A stretch of DNA of 32,290 nucleotides from a bacterium (GTDB lineage: Bacteria; Patescibacteriota; Microgenomatia; UBA8517): positions 1-32,290 of the forward strand of contig JAKAJP010000030.1 of assembly GCA_021824915.1 (NCBI GenBank). Reading direction: 5' to 3'. Shown piece after piece: positions 1 to 8,727 of this stretch. How positions within the stretch are numbered: the first letter of the stretch is position 1; each line of letters starts with the position of its first letter. The notes under the pieces are model-generated. The model did not search any database. It was not told the DNA's origin and was given only the letters and a program-made list of their open reading frames with translations. The translations under genes and the position numbers were made by a program.

Positions 1-474
1 AGGTATTTGGTTCCCAGCGCACAGTCCCGGGAGACATTGAATTTTAAGTGCGATGCATTGGCGGGCGCGCAAAACGCATTAAACAAACTTAAGTTACAGG
101 TCTCAAGTCTTAAATCTCAAAACGACAGGACGGTATTATCGGAAGAGAAAAATGAGAAAATTGAAGAATATAGAAAGCAATTTGTGGATGCTTTAGGCGA
201 CGATCTAAATAGCCCTAAAGCTATAGCGATTCTTTGGGAGATGTTGAAAAGCAACATTCCAAGTGGAGATAAATATGATTTGGCGTTGAGTTTTGACGAG
301 GTTTTGGGATTAAAGTTGTCGGAAGGGTTAAAAGAAGTTGAAATACCGGATGAAATAAGAAGATTGATGGAAGAGAGGGAGGAGTTGAGAAAGCGAAAGA
401 AATTTGAAGAATCCGATAAAATCAGAAAGCAAATTGAAGAAGCTGGTTTCAAGGTGAAAGATACGTTGCTTTAA
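1..474 (+). CDS. cysS: Cysteinyl-tRNA synthetase, C-terminal part (runs off window start)
   Basis: DALR-type segment (FVDALGDDLNSPKAIAILWE...FDEVLGL) and C-terminal ER-x(3)-RK-x-K-x-F-x-x-SD-x-IR...G-x-x-VKD motif. Frame is open from base 1. Confidence 0.9.
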   Translation, partial: RYLVPSAQSRETLNFKCDALAGAQNALNKLKLQVSSLKSQNDRTVLSEEKNEKIEEYRKQFVDALGDDLNSPKAIAILWEMLKSNIPSGDKYDLALSFDEVLGLKLSEGLKEVEIPDEIRRLMEEREELRKRKKFEESDKIRKQIEEAGFKVKDTLL

Positions 475-486
475 GTTTACTGCCCG

Positions 487-1113
487 ATGCAAAAGATTTT
501 TCTGCCGATTTTATTAATTTCGATTTTTGTCGCCGGTTTTATTGTTGCTAAAAGCACTTTAGCCAGGATTTACAAAGATATTGCACTTCAAAAACAAAAA
601 GTCAGTGCGGTAGTTGAGGAAAAGACCGGTTGTGATGCAGATTGCCAAAAAATAGTCGCTGACGAGGTTGGGAGAGCTATTGCCACACTTTCGGCTACGA
701 CTCGTCAAGTGATAATTAATCAGGCAACTGGTAGTACGACAAAACCACAGGTTTCGTACGTGCCGCTTGACGGATCATATTCAACTACAAATACGGATTG
801 GACCGATGCGAAGGGAATTGAAGTCTCTTTTGATATCGCACGCGACTATTCTCCCGGCGCGAAAGTTGCATGGGAAGCCTCTCTTCGAGTTGCGAATGCA
901 AACGGAACCGCATATGCCAGACTTTTTGATATTACTCACGGAATTGCAGTTGATGGAAGCGAAGTCTCGGTGACGAATAGTGCTGATTATCAGAGGGTTT
1001 CTTCTGGAAATCTAAACCTCTGGTCTGGCAGAAACGTATATAGAGTTCAAATAAAGTCTCTTAATTCTTTTAACGTTGATTATTCCGGAGGAAAAATTAG
1101 GATTAGCTATTGA
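487..1113 (+). CDS. Hypothetical membrane-anchored/exported protein
   Basis: 208-aa ORF with an N-terminal hydrophobic helix, a CxxxC pair and a beta-rich C-terminal domain. Confidence 0.75.
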   Translation: MQKIFLPILLISIFVAGFIVAKSTLARIYKDIALQKQKVSAVVEEKTGCDADCQKIVADEVGRAIATLSATTRQVIINQATGSTTKPQVSYVPLDGSYSTTNTDWTDAKGIEVSFDIARDYSPGAKVAWEASLRVANANGTAYARLFDITHGIAVDGSEVSVTNSADYQRVSSGNLNLWSGRNVYRVQIKSLNSFNVDYSGGKIRISY

Positions 1114-1156
1114 AGACGCACTTGAGATTTATCTCGTGGGCGTTATATCATGAAGT

Positions 1157-1801
1157 ATGCCAGAGTCAAATTCACCTCAACAAAATACCGGAAATGCTTT
1201 TGAGATAGTGACACCTTCAAAATCAAAGAAGGTCAATATGAAAAGTATCATCATCATTGCCGCAGTCTTTCTTTTTTTGGGAATCGCCGTTTTTCTTGGG
1301 GTGTATTTAGTCCAGCAGCAGCAGAACATTCAGGAGAAAGCTGCGGTTACAACGTGTCCCGCTGCGGAGCAATGTCCTAATTCAAAAAACCCCAATTTAC
1401 TCCAGAGTTGTCACCCTGGAGAGAGTGATGGCTCAACAAGTGATAGACTTTGTAATACTGCCGGTAGGGTGGAGACCTGCGGACCTGCAACGACTAAATA
1501 TTGTTGTCCTGCCCCGGGTGCAGCTTGGACGACCGATATGTCTGTTTGTAATTCGTTGTCAGCTACGGCCACTCCAACGGCCACACCCACACCGACAGCC
1601 ACCGCAACAGCAACTCCGACAATTGAGCCCTTAGTTACACAAGCTCCTACCACAGGGAGTCCGACCCCAACCTCTACTGTTCAAGCGGCTTCAACCGCGA
1701 GTCCTGTTCCAATTCCGGTCACGGGAGTTGAATGGCCAACGGTTTTAGGTATTGGAGTGGGGGCGGTAACAATAATAGGTTCAATTCTTCTGGCGCTCTA
1801 G
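1157..1801 (+). CDS. Cell-surface protein with Cys-rich domain, Thr/Pro linker and C-terminal PxTG + TM anchor
   Basis: N-terminal TM helix, 8 Cys, ATPTATPTPT linker, PVTGVEWPT followed by a hydrophobic C-terminus. TATCAT lies 5 nt upstream of the ATG. Confidence 0.75.
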   Translation: MPESNSPQQNTGNAFEIVTPSKSKKVNMKSIIIIAAVFLFLGIAVFLGVYLVQQQQNIQEKAAVTTCPAAEQCPNSKNPNLLQSCHPGESDGSTSDRLCNTAGRVETCGPATTKYCCPAPGAAWTTDMSVCNSLSATATPTATPTPTATATATPTIEPLVTQAPTTGSPTPTSTVQAASTASPVPIPVTGVEWPTVLGIGVGAVTIIGSILLAL

Positions 1802-1858
1802 TGCAAATTTAGCATACCTTACTTGGCGCCAACCTCCCAACCTTTAGATCGTGAGTGT

Positions 1859-2176
1859 TTACAGGAGTTTTTTCAGGCTGAATTTTTTGACCACAATTCC
1901 GATGTGGTCAATTAGGGGAAAGTGGCTTTTTACTTCTTCCTGGAATTTTTCGGCCAAGCCTCCGCTGTATTTACCAAATCCGGATTTTTCGGATTGTTTA
2001 CAGAGTTTATCTTCCCATTCGTGAATAATTTTCAATATTGTTTCACCTTCCTGATTAAATTTTTCTTGGTATTTATCCTCATTTGTTGAATATTCAAAGT
2101 GGGCTTGTGTAAATCTGTCGAAAGCGTCTTTATTTTCCTCAACCATTCGGTTGTAATATTCCCGATACTTTGTCAT
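1859..2176 (-). CDS. Hypothetical protein
   Basis: 105-aa ORF whose start overlaps the stop of the ABC permease gene (ATGA), so likely coupled. Confidence 0.7.
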   Translation of the reverse strand: MTKYREYYNRMVEENKDAFDRFTQAHFEYSTNEDKYQEKFNQEGETILKIIHEWEDKLCKQSEKSGFGKYSGGLAEKFQEEVKSHFPLIDHIGIVVKKFSLKKLL

Positions 2177-2919
2177 ATTTGTATTTTTGAGAAAAGATAA
2201 CTGCCGATGAGAAGAAATACGAATGTAATTACTGAAAGCACAAGCAGATCGAATCCTGTCCCAAATTGAGCAGCTCCTCCCAAAACTCCGCGCAGTCCGT
2301 CAATTCCATAAGTCATGGGGTCGATTTTTGTTGCAATTTCCATCGCTTTTGGTAGACCCTGGATGGGGTAGAGACTTCCTGATAAAAAGAAAATTGGCAT
2401 AACCAGAAAATTCATAATGAGTTGAAATCCCTGCATATCTTCCAGCATAGAAGCGATGGCCGTTCCCAGAGCTGTAAAAAGGAGGGCGATTATAAACATA
2501 AATAAGAGTGCCAGAGGAATGTGATAATAAGTTGTAAATCTGAAACCTACGAATGTGGAAAGAATTAAAACAACAATGCCCTGAAAAGTTGCAACCGTTG
2601 CGCCCCCTAAAGTCCGCCCCAACATAATTGAAAATCTTGAGACCGGAGCAACCATTGTTTCTTTTAAGAAACCGAATTGTCTGTCCCAAATGATTTCAAT
2701 TCCGGCAAAAATCGCAGTGAAGAGAATACTCATTGCAACAATTCCGGGAGCTAAAAATTGGATATAATTTCCTTGACCCGCTCTGGCAAAAACGCCGCCA
2801 AAGCCATAGCCGAAAGCGATTAAATAAAGAAGTGGCTGACCCAAAGATCCGATTATCCGGCTACGGGAGCGGAAGTATTTAACGACCTGTCTTTTCCAAA
2901 GTATGTAAATTTGTTCCAT
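2173..2919 (-). CDS. ABC-2 type transporter permease (DrrB/NodJ-like)
   Basis: About six TM segments, Y-x-x-FLAPGIVAM, DRQFGFLKE...APVSR, FFLSG and DPMTYGIDGLR motifs. Confidence 0.92.
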   Translation of the reverse strand: MEQIYILWKRQVVKYFRSRSRIIGSLGQPLLYLIAFGYGFGGVFARAGQGNYIQFLAPGIVAMSILFTAIFAGIEIIWDRQFGFLKETMVAPVSRFSIMLGRTLGGATVATFQGIVVLILSTFVGFRFTTYYHIPLALLFMFIIALLFTALGTAIASMLEDMQGFQLIMNFLVMPIFFLSGSLYPIQGLPKAMEIATKIDPMTYGIDGLRGVLGGAAQFGTGFDLLVLSVITFVFLLIGSYLFSKIQI

Positions 2920-3720
2920 TTAATGCCGGCCTCCCCAAACATGTCTTCGTTGTCTAAGCGCATCAAGAGCTCCGGCTTCTTCGTTTCTGATCTCGTGGCC
3001 CGTCAAATGTAGAAAAGCTTCTTCGAGGGAAGCGGATTTTGTCTTTTTCTTAAGTGCATTGGGTGTTCCCTCGGCAACAATGTTTCCGTGGTCAATAATT
3101 ACAATTCTGTCCGCGTTTTTTTCTGCTTCATCCATATAGTGTGTTGTAAAAAATACCGTCATTCCCTCCTTTTTGTTTATGTCTTTTAAGTAAGTCCACA
3201 TATGATTTCTGGTTTGGGGGTCAAGGCCTATCGTCGGCTCGTCCAAAAAGAGAATTTTTGGATGGTGCAGAAGGCCACGGGCAATTTCAAGTCTTCTTTT
3301 CATTCCGCCGGAAAATGTTTTAACAAGAGACTTGCTTCTGTCGGATAAATCAACAAATTTTAATAGATCTTCAATTCTCTTTTTTCTGGTATTTACGGGG
3401 ATTGAATATAAAACGGCATGCAGTTCCATGTTTTCCATTGCCGTCAGATCATCATCCAGTGACGGATCCTGAAACACTATTCCGAAACCGCGTCTTACCG
3501 CGTCCTGATCTTGAGAAGGATCTGCCCCATTAACTAATATTTTTCCCGAAGTTGGAGCTAAAAGAGTTGTCAGCATTTTTATTGTTGTTGATTTTCCGGC
3601 GCCGTTCGGACCGAGAAAAGCAAAAATTTCTCCCTTTTCGACACCAAAAGAAATATCATTAACTGCAGTAAACCCATTAAATTTTTTGGTCAGACTTTTA
3701 ACCTTTATTATTTTAGCCAT
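2920..3720 (-). CDS. ABC transporter ATP-binding protein (DrrA-like)
   Basis: Walker A GPNGAGKS, signature FSGGMKRR, Walker B ILFLDEPT, TTHYM. Start placed at ATG 3720 (MAKIIKV), which has TATGAT 6 nt upstream. The ORF track extends to 3768. Confidence 0.93.
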   Translation of the reverse strand: MAKIIKVKSLTKKFNGFTAVNDISFGVEKGEIFAFLGPNGAGKSTTIKMLTTLLAPTSGKILVNGADPSQDQDAVRRGFGIVFQDPSLDDDLTAMENMELHAVLYSIPVNTRKKRIEDLLKFVDLSDRSKSLVKTFSGGMKRRLEIARGLLHHPKILFLDEPTIGLDPQTRNHMWTYLKDINKKEGMTVFFTTHYMDEAEKNADRIVIIDHGNIVAEGTPNALKKKTKSASLEEAFLHLTGHEIRNEEAGALDALRQRRHVWGGRH

Positions 3721-3780
3721 CTGATGATCATATATTATCGTTGTGCTGGAATTCAAGCAATAAATCACTGATAATTAATT

Positions 3781-5799
3781 ATGGCTACCACAGATAGTCT
3801 TCCTGAGGTTGGGGATAGAGTGGACATTAAGAACTTGCTCCCTGTTTCTAATCCCGAAAATCGACTTTATGGCACAGCTATGGAAATCTGTGATTATACA
3901 GGGATTAAGCTTTCTGAAATTCCAGGTATTCCTCTAGAGCACAGAGTCAGATCGTCAATGTTGGCTTTAGGAAATCAGGGAATAAGAATGATCGATGGTA
4001 AGCCCGTTTCATTTATTTACATAAGTACATCCGTTAAGGAAGATGATTCGTTTGGCAAGTCTGTATTGGTGGAGGAAACCTTTCATCATATTCAGACCGT
4101 TATGAACAGTGCTTTACTTAAGGAGCGAGCAGAAGTTGAGACAGATAGAAGTTTTCAGTCTGACTATTCACAAAGTAGCGCTCTTTATGAAAATCTCAAA
4201 CAGTCTTCTGGTAAAGCAATGATTGAGTTTGCTTCGAAGACTGGAATCGATTCCAGTCTGCACCCCCAAACTGAAGCCGAAAAAGAGTTGGTGTTAAAGA
4301 GAAGAATAGAAAGACTTTCGCCGGAACAGGCGGCAAGACTTTATACCGCTCTTGACCAGATGGGCGTCGCCAGCGATGGTGAGAATGAACACAGACGATT
4401 TGTTGATAACGCAAAAGAGTATAGAAAAATCGAAAAGCGAATAGACGAGCTCAGAGAGGAGGAAAAAAATTTAGAATCATCGGATGACAGCATCAAATTA
4501 AGGGATATAAGAGAAAGAATACGGAGCTTACGTGAAGGTTTTGACGGCCTTGGAACCTTATCGAGTTTGATATCGTACCAACTTGAGCAGCGCATTGCGA
4601 GAGTGCCTGACGGACCAGAAAGAAGTTCGATTTTGGAAAAGGCCCTTGCAAAATCGTTCGTTGATCTGGATACACTTGGTGCGCAATCAATGTTGTATGA
4701 GGAGAGAATTAAAAACCTCACACCAGATCAAATCCGTAAAGCACTAGAAGATTATTTGGCGAGTAGACCGGATCTTGATTCACTTATTTTCTTGAATAGA
4801 GATTTGACCATAGAAGACAATGAAGAGCATTTGAAGGTTTTAAGGATATTGGAGAGTGGTGATCCGGAGTCTATGGAATATGAAAATTTGAGGCAAAGCT
4901 TCCAGAAAAGAATTGAGAATCAATTGCAGGTAGCCGGTGTTGACGACTTGGCTAAGTTTTACACCGAAAGTTTAATTTATTTAATGCGGGGTGTTGAAAA
5001 GTCCTTGGCCGCGAATGCTCTTGTTGAGGAAAATTTAATATTTTTGTTTGACGATTTACCCATGGACGATGAGACAAGAAAGAGGTTTGTTGGAAATTCT
5101 GAATTTATGCGCCAGCTTAGAGATTTTGTGTTGAAATCCGTCAAAAGCGGAGAACTTTCTCCGTTTGGTTCGGAAGGACTGGATGTTGGGCTATTCTCAT
5201 CCAGTAGAAAGGAAGCTGGGACCGTTCTCAAAAAGTCATTAAAACGACCGACGGATGATATTAATGCCACTGCCTTTTTGGCGGATATGAAATCGGCAAC
5301 TGAATATACAAGATCGAACATTAGTGGTGATCAATTTGATTTTATAGAGGCTGGTTCTGAGAGGAATATTGAAGTTAAATTAAAAGAGACGTTTCCGGAT
5401 AGAAGTATTGCTGATTTGCCTTCTGGAACAGAATTTAGAGATGCCCAACTGGCGGCGTACCAAGAGTCTGTTGAAATTGTGAGAAAATCTAGGAAAGAAA
5501 GTGAGCATAAACACTCGACAGACATCCTTATCGAACCAATAGCAAAAGTTATAAGTCAAAAGTTATCCGGGGGTACACGCAATGATATTGTCTTTCCCGA
5601 AACCATGATGGGTGGCTACACGATAATTCTTAGAACTCAAGAACTTAAAGAGTGGGTCGACAAGCTTTGGACTTATGTTGATAAAGTGCATGAATATAAG
5701 AACAGTGGTGGTGACGCCTCTTTGAGGGAATTTATACATGCCACCAGTTTGGATCAGCAGAGAGCGGTAGTCGAAAAATTTATAAAGGTGATAAAATAG
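3781..5799 (+). CDS. Large hypothetical alpha-helical/coiled-coil protein
   Basis: 672-aa uninterrupted ORF, charged and helical, containing VLVEETFHHIQ (EExxH). No family recognised. Confidence 0.75.
   Translation: MATTDSLPEVGDRVDIKNLLPVSNPENRLYGTAMEICDYTGIKLSEIPGIPLEHRVRSSMLALGNQGIRMIDGKPVSFIYISTSVKEDDSFGKSVLVEETFHHIQTVMNSALLKERAEVETDRSFQSDYSQSSALYENLKQSSGKAMIEFASKTGIDSSLHPQTEAEKELVLKRRIERLSPEQAARLYTALDQMGVASDGENEHRRFVDNAKEYRKIEKRIDELREEEKNLESSDDSIKLRDIRERIRSLREGFDGLGTLSSLISYQLEQRIARVPDGPERSSILEKALAKSFVDLDTLGAQSMLYEERIKNLTPDQIRKALEDYLASRPDLDSLIFLNRDLTIEDNEEHLKVLRILESGDPESMEYENLRQSFQKRIENQLQVAGVDDLAKFYTESLIYLMRGVEKSLAANALVEENLIFLFDDLPMDDETRKRFVGNSEFMRQLRDFVLKSVKSGELSPFGSEGLDVGLFSSSRKEAGTVLKKSLKRPTDDINATAFLADMKSATEYTRSNISGDQFDFIEAGSERNIEVKLKETFPDRSIADLPSGTEFRDAQLAAYQESVEIVRKSRKESEHKHSTDILIEPIAKVISQKLSGGTRNDIVFPETMMGGYTIILRTQELKEWVDKLWTYVDKVHEYKNSGGDASLREFIHATSLDQQRAVVEKFIKVIK
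5792..5797 (+). promoter_or_regulatory. -10 box (TAAAAT) of the original ychF promoter, leaderless type
   Basis: TAAAAT 6 nt upstream of ATG 5804, the same geometry as many other genes in the window. Confidence 0.55.
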
Positions 5800-5803
5800 C
5801 CTC

Positions 5804-5827
5804 ATGAGCCTTTCTGTTGGAATAGTC
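5804..5827 (+). pseudogene. ychF: Displaced original 5' end of ychF (MSLSVGIV) at attL
   Basis: ATG AGC CTT TCT GTT GGA ATA GTC encodes MSLSVGIV, matching LSVGIV of the ychF at 23436. The frame then diverges and stops at 5861-5863. Confidence 0.85.
5815..5826 (+). repeat. attL core (shared GGAAT at 5819-5823)
   Basis: 10/12 identity with 23456-23467. ychF-like coding stops immediately to its right. Confidence 0.75.
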
Positions 5828-5952
5828 AGAGCGGGAATCAACTTTTTCCATTCGAGCTTGTGATACCGTTACCCCCACCAAGAATAGCTAGACTAATAGT
5901 TCAACGGGACAAGTGGGGAAGAATTGTACATTCAGAAGCTCCATTGTTTTGA
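5821..5952 (+). other. Detached 3' end of the recombinase gene (start-less frame NSQSGNQLFPFELVIPLPPPRIARLIVQRDKWGRIVHSEAPLF*)
   Basis: Open frame of 43 codons plus TGA, in frame with the recombinase when GGAAT 23460-23464 is joined to GGAAT 5819-5823. Confidence 0.7.
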
Positions 5953-6098
5953 GTTAATTTAGGGAAAATATTCTTTTTCTATTCCAGACCGCCTCTTGCG
6001 GTGTTAAAATTGCAATATAAAATTATTAAAATATAGACAATGGTTTTATGAGTAAAAATATGAACTGGTTAAATTAATAGCCTTTTTGATCTAAGAAA

Positions 6099-7031
6099 AT
6101 GGAACAAAGGAATTTAGAAGTTGGTGGTAGAGAGTGGGCGTATATAAAAGATAGAGTGCTTGGGAGAGGGAAAATTTACCGTAGTTTAGATGGCACTCAA
6201 TATATGCATACTGGGAGTGTTGCGGAGGTCGGCAATGAAGCGAATTTTATTGAGCAGCTTCATGGTCTTAATTTTCCGGTGCCAAGGATACTTAGTAAGG
6301 GAGAAATCGGAGGAATTAACTACTACATTGAGGAATCAGTTGGGGACATGAGTTTCGGTGAAAAATTTCGCCATGAATACACCTTGCATCAAAAAGTGAC
6401 TGGAGAGACGTTTGAAGGATTTTGCAATATAGCGTGTCAATTCCTGGAAGCGCAATTGAATAATCCAACAGACAGAAGGAGTGAAATAAGGGAAGGGGTA
6501 CATCTATCTAACGTTTTGCAAGAAAATCCAGATCTTAGAGACAAAATTTTCCCATGCATTAGTATGATAGAAACAAATTTGCAACAAATTCCACTCGTAT
6601 TGACCCATGGAGATTTTTCCCCAAGAAATACTTTTACTAAAGGAGTTATTGATTTTGAGCATAGGTTCATTGCTCCCGTCGGTTATGATGTTCTTACGGG
6701 TATAACAATTCAGCGCTTTTGGGATTTTAAGGATAGTGATGGAGAGACTCAGCTTGATTTTGACGTCGAGTCAGGTCAAGTTGCGGATTATTTTAGAAAA
6801 TTAGACAATATCGCTGAGCATTATAAAATAGGGCAATTATCGAGGTTTGCGGATGATTTCGTTGTACTTAAGGCTATTTGGTCTCTTGCTTACGAAAAGC
6901 AATTTGCTAGTCAAACAGGAAACAATTTAAAAAGAAACTTTCGTAAGGCTGTTTTGGTTTATTGTATGGATCAATATATGAATGGCAGACCAGTAGACAC
7001 TAGTAGTTTTAAAAAGTTTGGACAACAATAG
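6099..7031 (+). CDS. Aminoglycoside phosphotransferase / choline kinase-like protein
   Basis: Brenner motif LTHGDFSPRN, metal-binding VIDFE, PVPRIL, and APVGYD after DFE. Confidence 0.82.
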   Translation: MEQRNLEVGGREWAYIKDRVLGRGKIYRSLDGTQYMHTGSVAEVGNEANFIEQLHGLNFPVPRILSKGEIGGINYYIEESVGDMSFGEKFRHEYTLHQKVTGETFEGFCNIACQFLEAQLNNPTDRRSEIREGVHLSNVLQENPDLRDKIFPCISMIETNLQQIPLVLTHGDFSPRNTFTKGVIDFEHRFIAPVGYDVLTGITIQRFWDFKDSDGETQLDFDVESGQVADYFRKLDNIAEHYKIGQLSRFADDFVVLKAIWSLAYEKQFASQTGNNLKRNFRKAVLVYCMDQYMNGRPVDTSSFKKFGQQ

Positions 7032-7057
7032 AGTAGCGTTGATATAGAATTGAAGTT

Positions 7058-8680
7058 ATGACTAAATTACCAAAGACGATTGAGAATTTATTTTATAATC
7101 CGGAGACGGATTCTGTAGACTCATTACTAAAAGATATTAAGGAGACTCATTTGCATATTTTAGAAAACACGGACTTGTCGAAAGGAACTCTTTCCTCAAA
7201 ACCCGAAGATTATGTGTATGTAATAAAGGATTTTAAAATTCCAAATAACGGAATAGGCCAAGGTTCGTTTGACTCAATTATACCCGCGCTTTTTCGTGGT
7301 GTATCCAGGTGGCACTCTCCTCGAACAATGTATAATGTCGCTCCGCCGCCAATATTACCAACAGTTGTTGGTAAAGTTTTCACTTCACTGTATAACCCAA
7401 ATTTAGCCTTAGACACCGCAGCAGGTAAAAGTCTTTTAACCGAACAGGAAGTAATAAAAGCGATTGCAGATTATATCGGTTGGGATCGAGAAAATGCTGG
7501 TGGAATTTTTACCTGGGGTGGAAAGGCAACAATAATGTATGGTATTAAATTAGGACTAAAAAATTGTTCACCAAATTCTTCTACGCAGGGTGCAAAAGAA
7601 GACGTTGTTGTTCTCTCGACGGTAGCTGGTCATCCATCTCATATACAGGATGCTAATTGGCTGGGTATCGGGACGGACAATGTGATTAGGTTGGAAGTTG
7701 ATAGGGATGGTAAAACGGATGTGAATCAAATGGAACAAGTAATTAAAAAAGTGACCAGAGAGGGTAAAAAAATTGCAGCCATTATTGTTTCAGGAGGAAC
7801 AACCAATAGTATGGTGGTGGATCCAATCGAAAAGGTTGTCGAGTTGAGAAATAGACTTGTAAATGAACTTTCCCTGAAGTATATACCTCATATTCATGTT
7901 GACGCCGTGGTTGCCTTCCCATGGATATTTTTTAAAGACTATAATTTTGGATTAAACAATCTTGATATTGAGGCAGAGGCACTGGAAAGAATATTGAAAA
8001 TAATAAAGGATCTGAAATGTATATATCTGGCTGATTCATTTGGCATAGACTTTCATAAAATGGGTTTTTGTCCTTATATATCAAGTGCCTTTCTCGTTAA
8101 GGACAAAACTCTATTAAGTGGAAAGGAAGACCTTCAAAATTGGCCATTTTTATATTCGATGGAGAATTCTAGAGCTGGTGACGGTCCAAACTCCGCTTTT
8201 ATTGCTTTAAGCGCTTTGGGTGTAAAGGGTTTTCAGGTTTTAATTGCACATTTGACTGAGATGGCGGTGCATTTACAGAATGAGATAGAAAAAACAGGAA
8301 ATTTTGAGATAATAAATAAAACAGGACTCGGAACTTCGGTTATGTTTATTCCACGTATTCCTAAAGGTTTAACTTTCCCAAATTTAGAAATAGAATCGAA
8401 GGTCAGAAATTTTTATACAGCAAGTTTTATCGAAGAAATGTCAAAATTAGGGAATCCTTATTATATTGATAAAATACCCGGCAACTCCACTGGATCCAGC
8501 CCTTTTCCGCTAACATCATTAAAAGCTTACATAATGTCGCCATTTTCAAGCAAAGAAAATAATCTTTCTTTTGTGGAATTTATTGTTGAATTAAAGCGAA
8601 AAATAGATATGAAATTCGATTTTCATAATACAAATATTAAGTCTTCGGATGTTGAATTTTTCCATCCCCTAAAAGGATAA
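7058..8680 (+). CDS. Group II PLP-dependent decarboxylase
   Basis: GIFTWGG, SGGTT, HIHVDA and ADSFGIDFHK(MGFCPY) with the PLP lysine. Confidence 0.88.
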   Translation: MTKLPKTIENLFYNPETDSVDSLLKDIKETHLHILENTDLSKGTLSSKPEDYVYVIKDFKIPNNGIGQGSFDSIIPALFRGVSRWHSPRTMYNVAPPPILPTVVGKVFTSLYNPNLALDTAAGKSLLTEQEVIKAIADYIGWDRENAGGIFTWGGKATIMYGIKLGLKNCSPNSSTQGAKEDVVVLSTVAGHPSHIQDANWLGIGTDNVIRLEVDRDGKTDVNQMEQVIKKVTREGKKIAAIIVSGGTTNSMVVDPIEKVVELRNRLVNELSLKYIPHIHVDAVVAFPWIFFKDYNFGLNNLDIEAEALERILKIIKDLKCIYLADSFGIDFHKMGFCPYISSAFLVKDKTLLSGKEDLQNWPFLYSMENSRAGDGPNSAFIALSALGVKGFQVLIAHLTEMAVHLQNEIEKTGNFEIINKTGLGTSVMFIPRIPKGLTFPNLEIESKVRNFYTASFIEEMSKLGNPYYIDKIPGNSTGSSPFPLTSLKAYIMSPFSSKENNLSFVEFIVELKRKIDMKFDFHNTNIKSSDVEFFHPLKG

Positions 8681-8727
8681 GGTTTGTTTTGCAAGCCTAT
8701 TGTGATAAAATCTCAGCCATAGAACCC

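Noticed and set aside
1560-1625. ACN-GCN/CCN repeats as a DNA repeat element
   Set aside because: Explained by the Thr/Ala/Pro linker. Third codon positions vary.
5563-5841. 92-aa minus-strand ORF across attL
   Set aside because: Antisense to the 672-aa gene, spans the recombination junction and has no recognisable motif.
6099-7031. Bona fide aminoglycoside resistance gene
   Set aside because: Only the general APH/choline-kinase motifs are visible. The substrate cannot be inferred from them.
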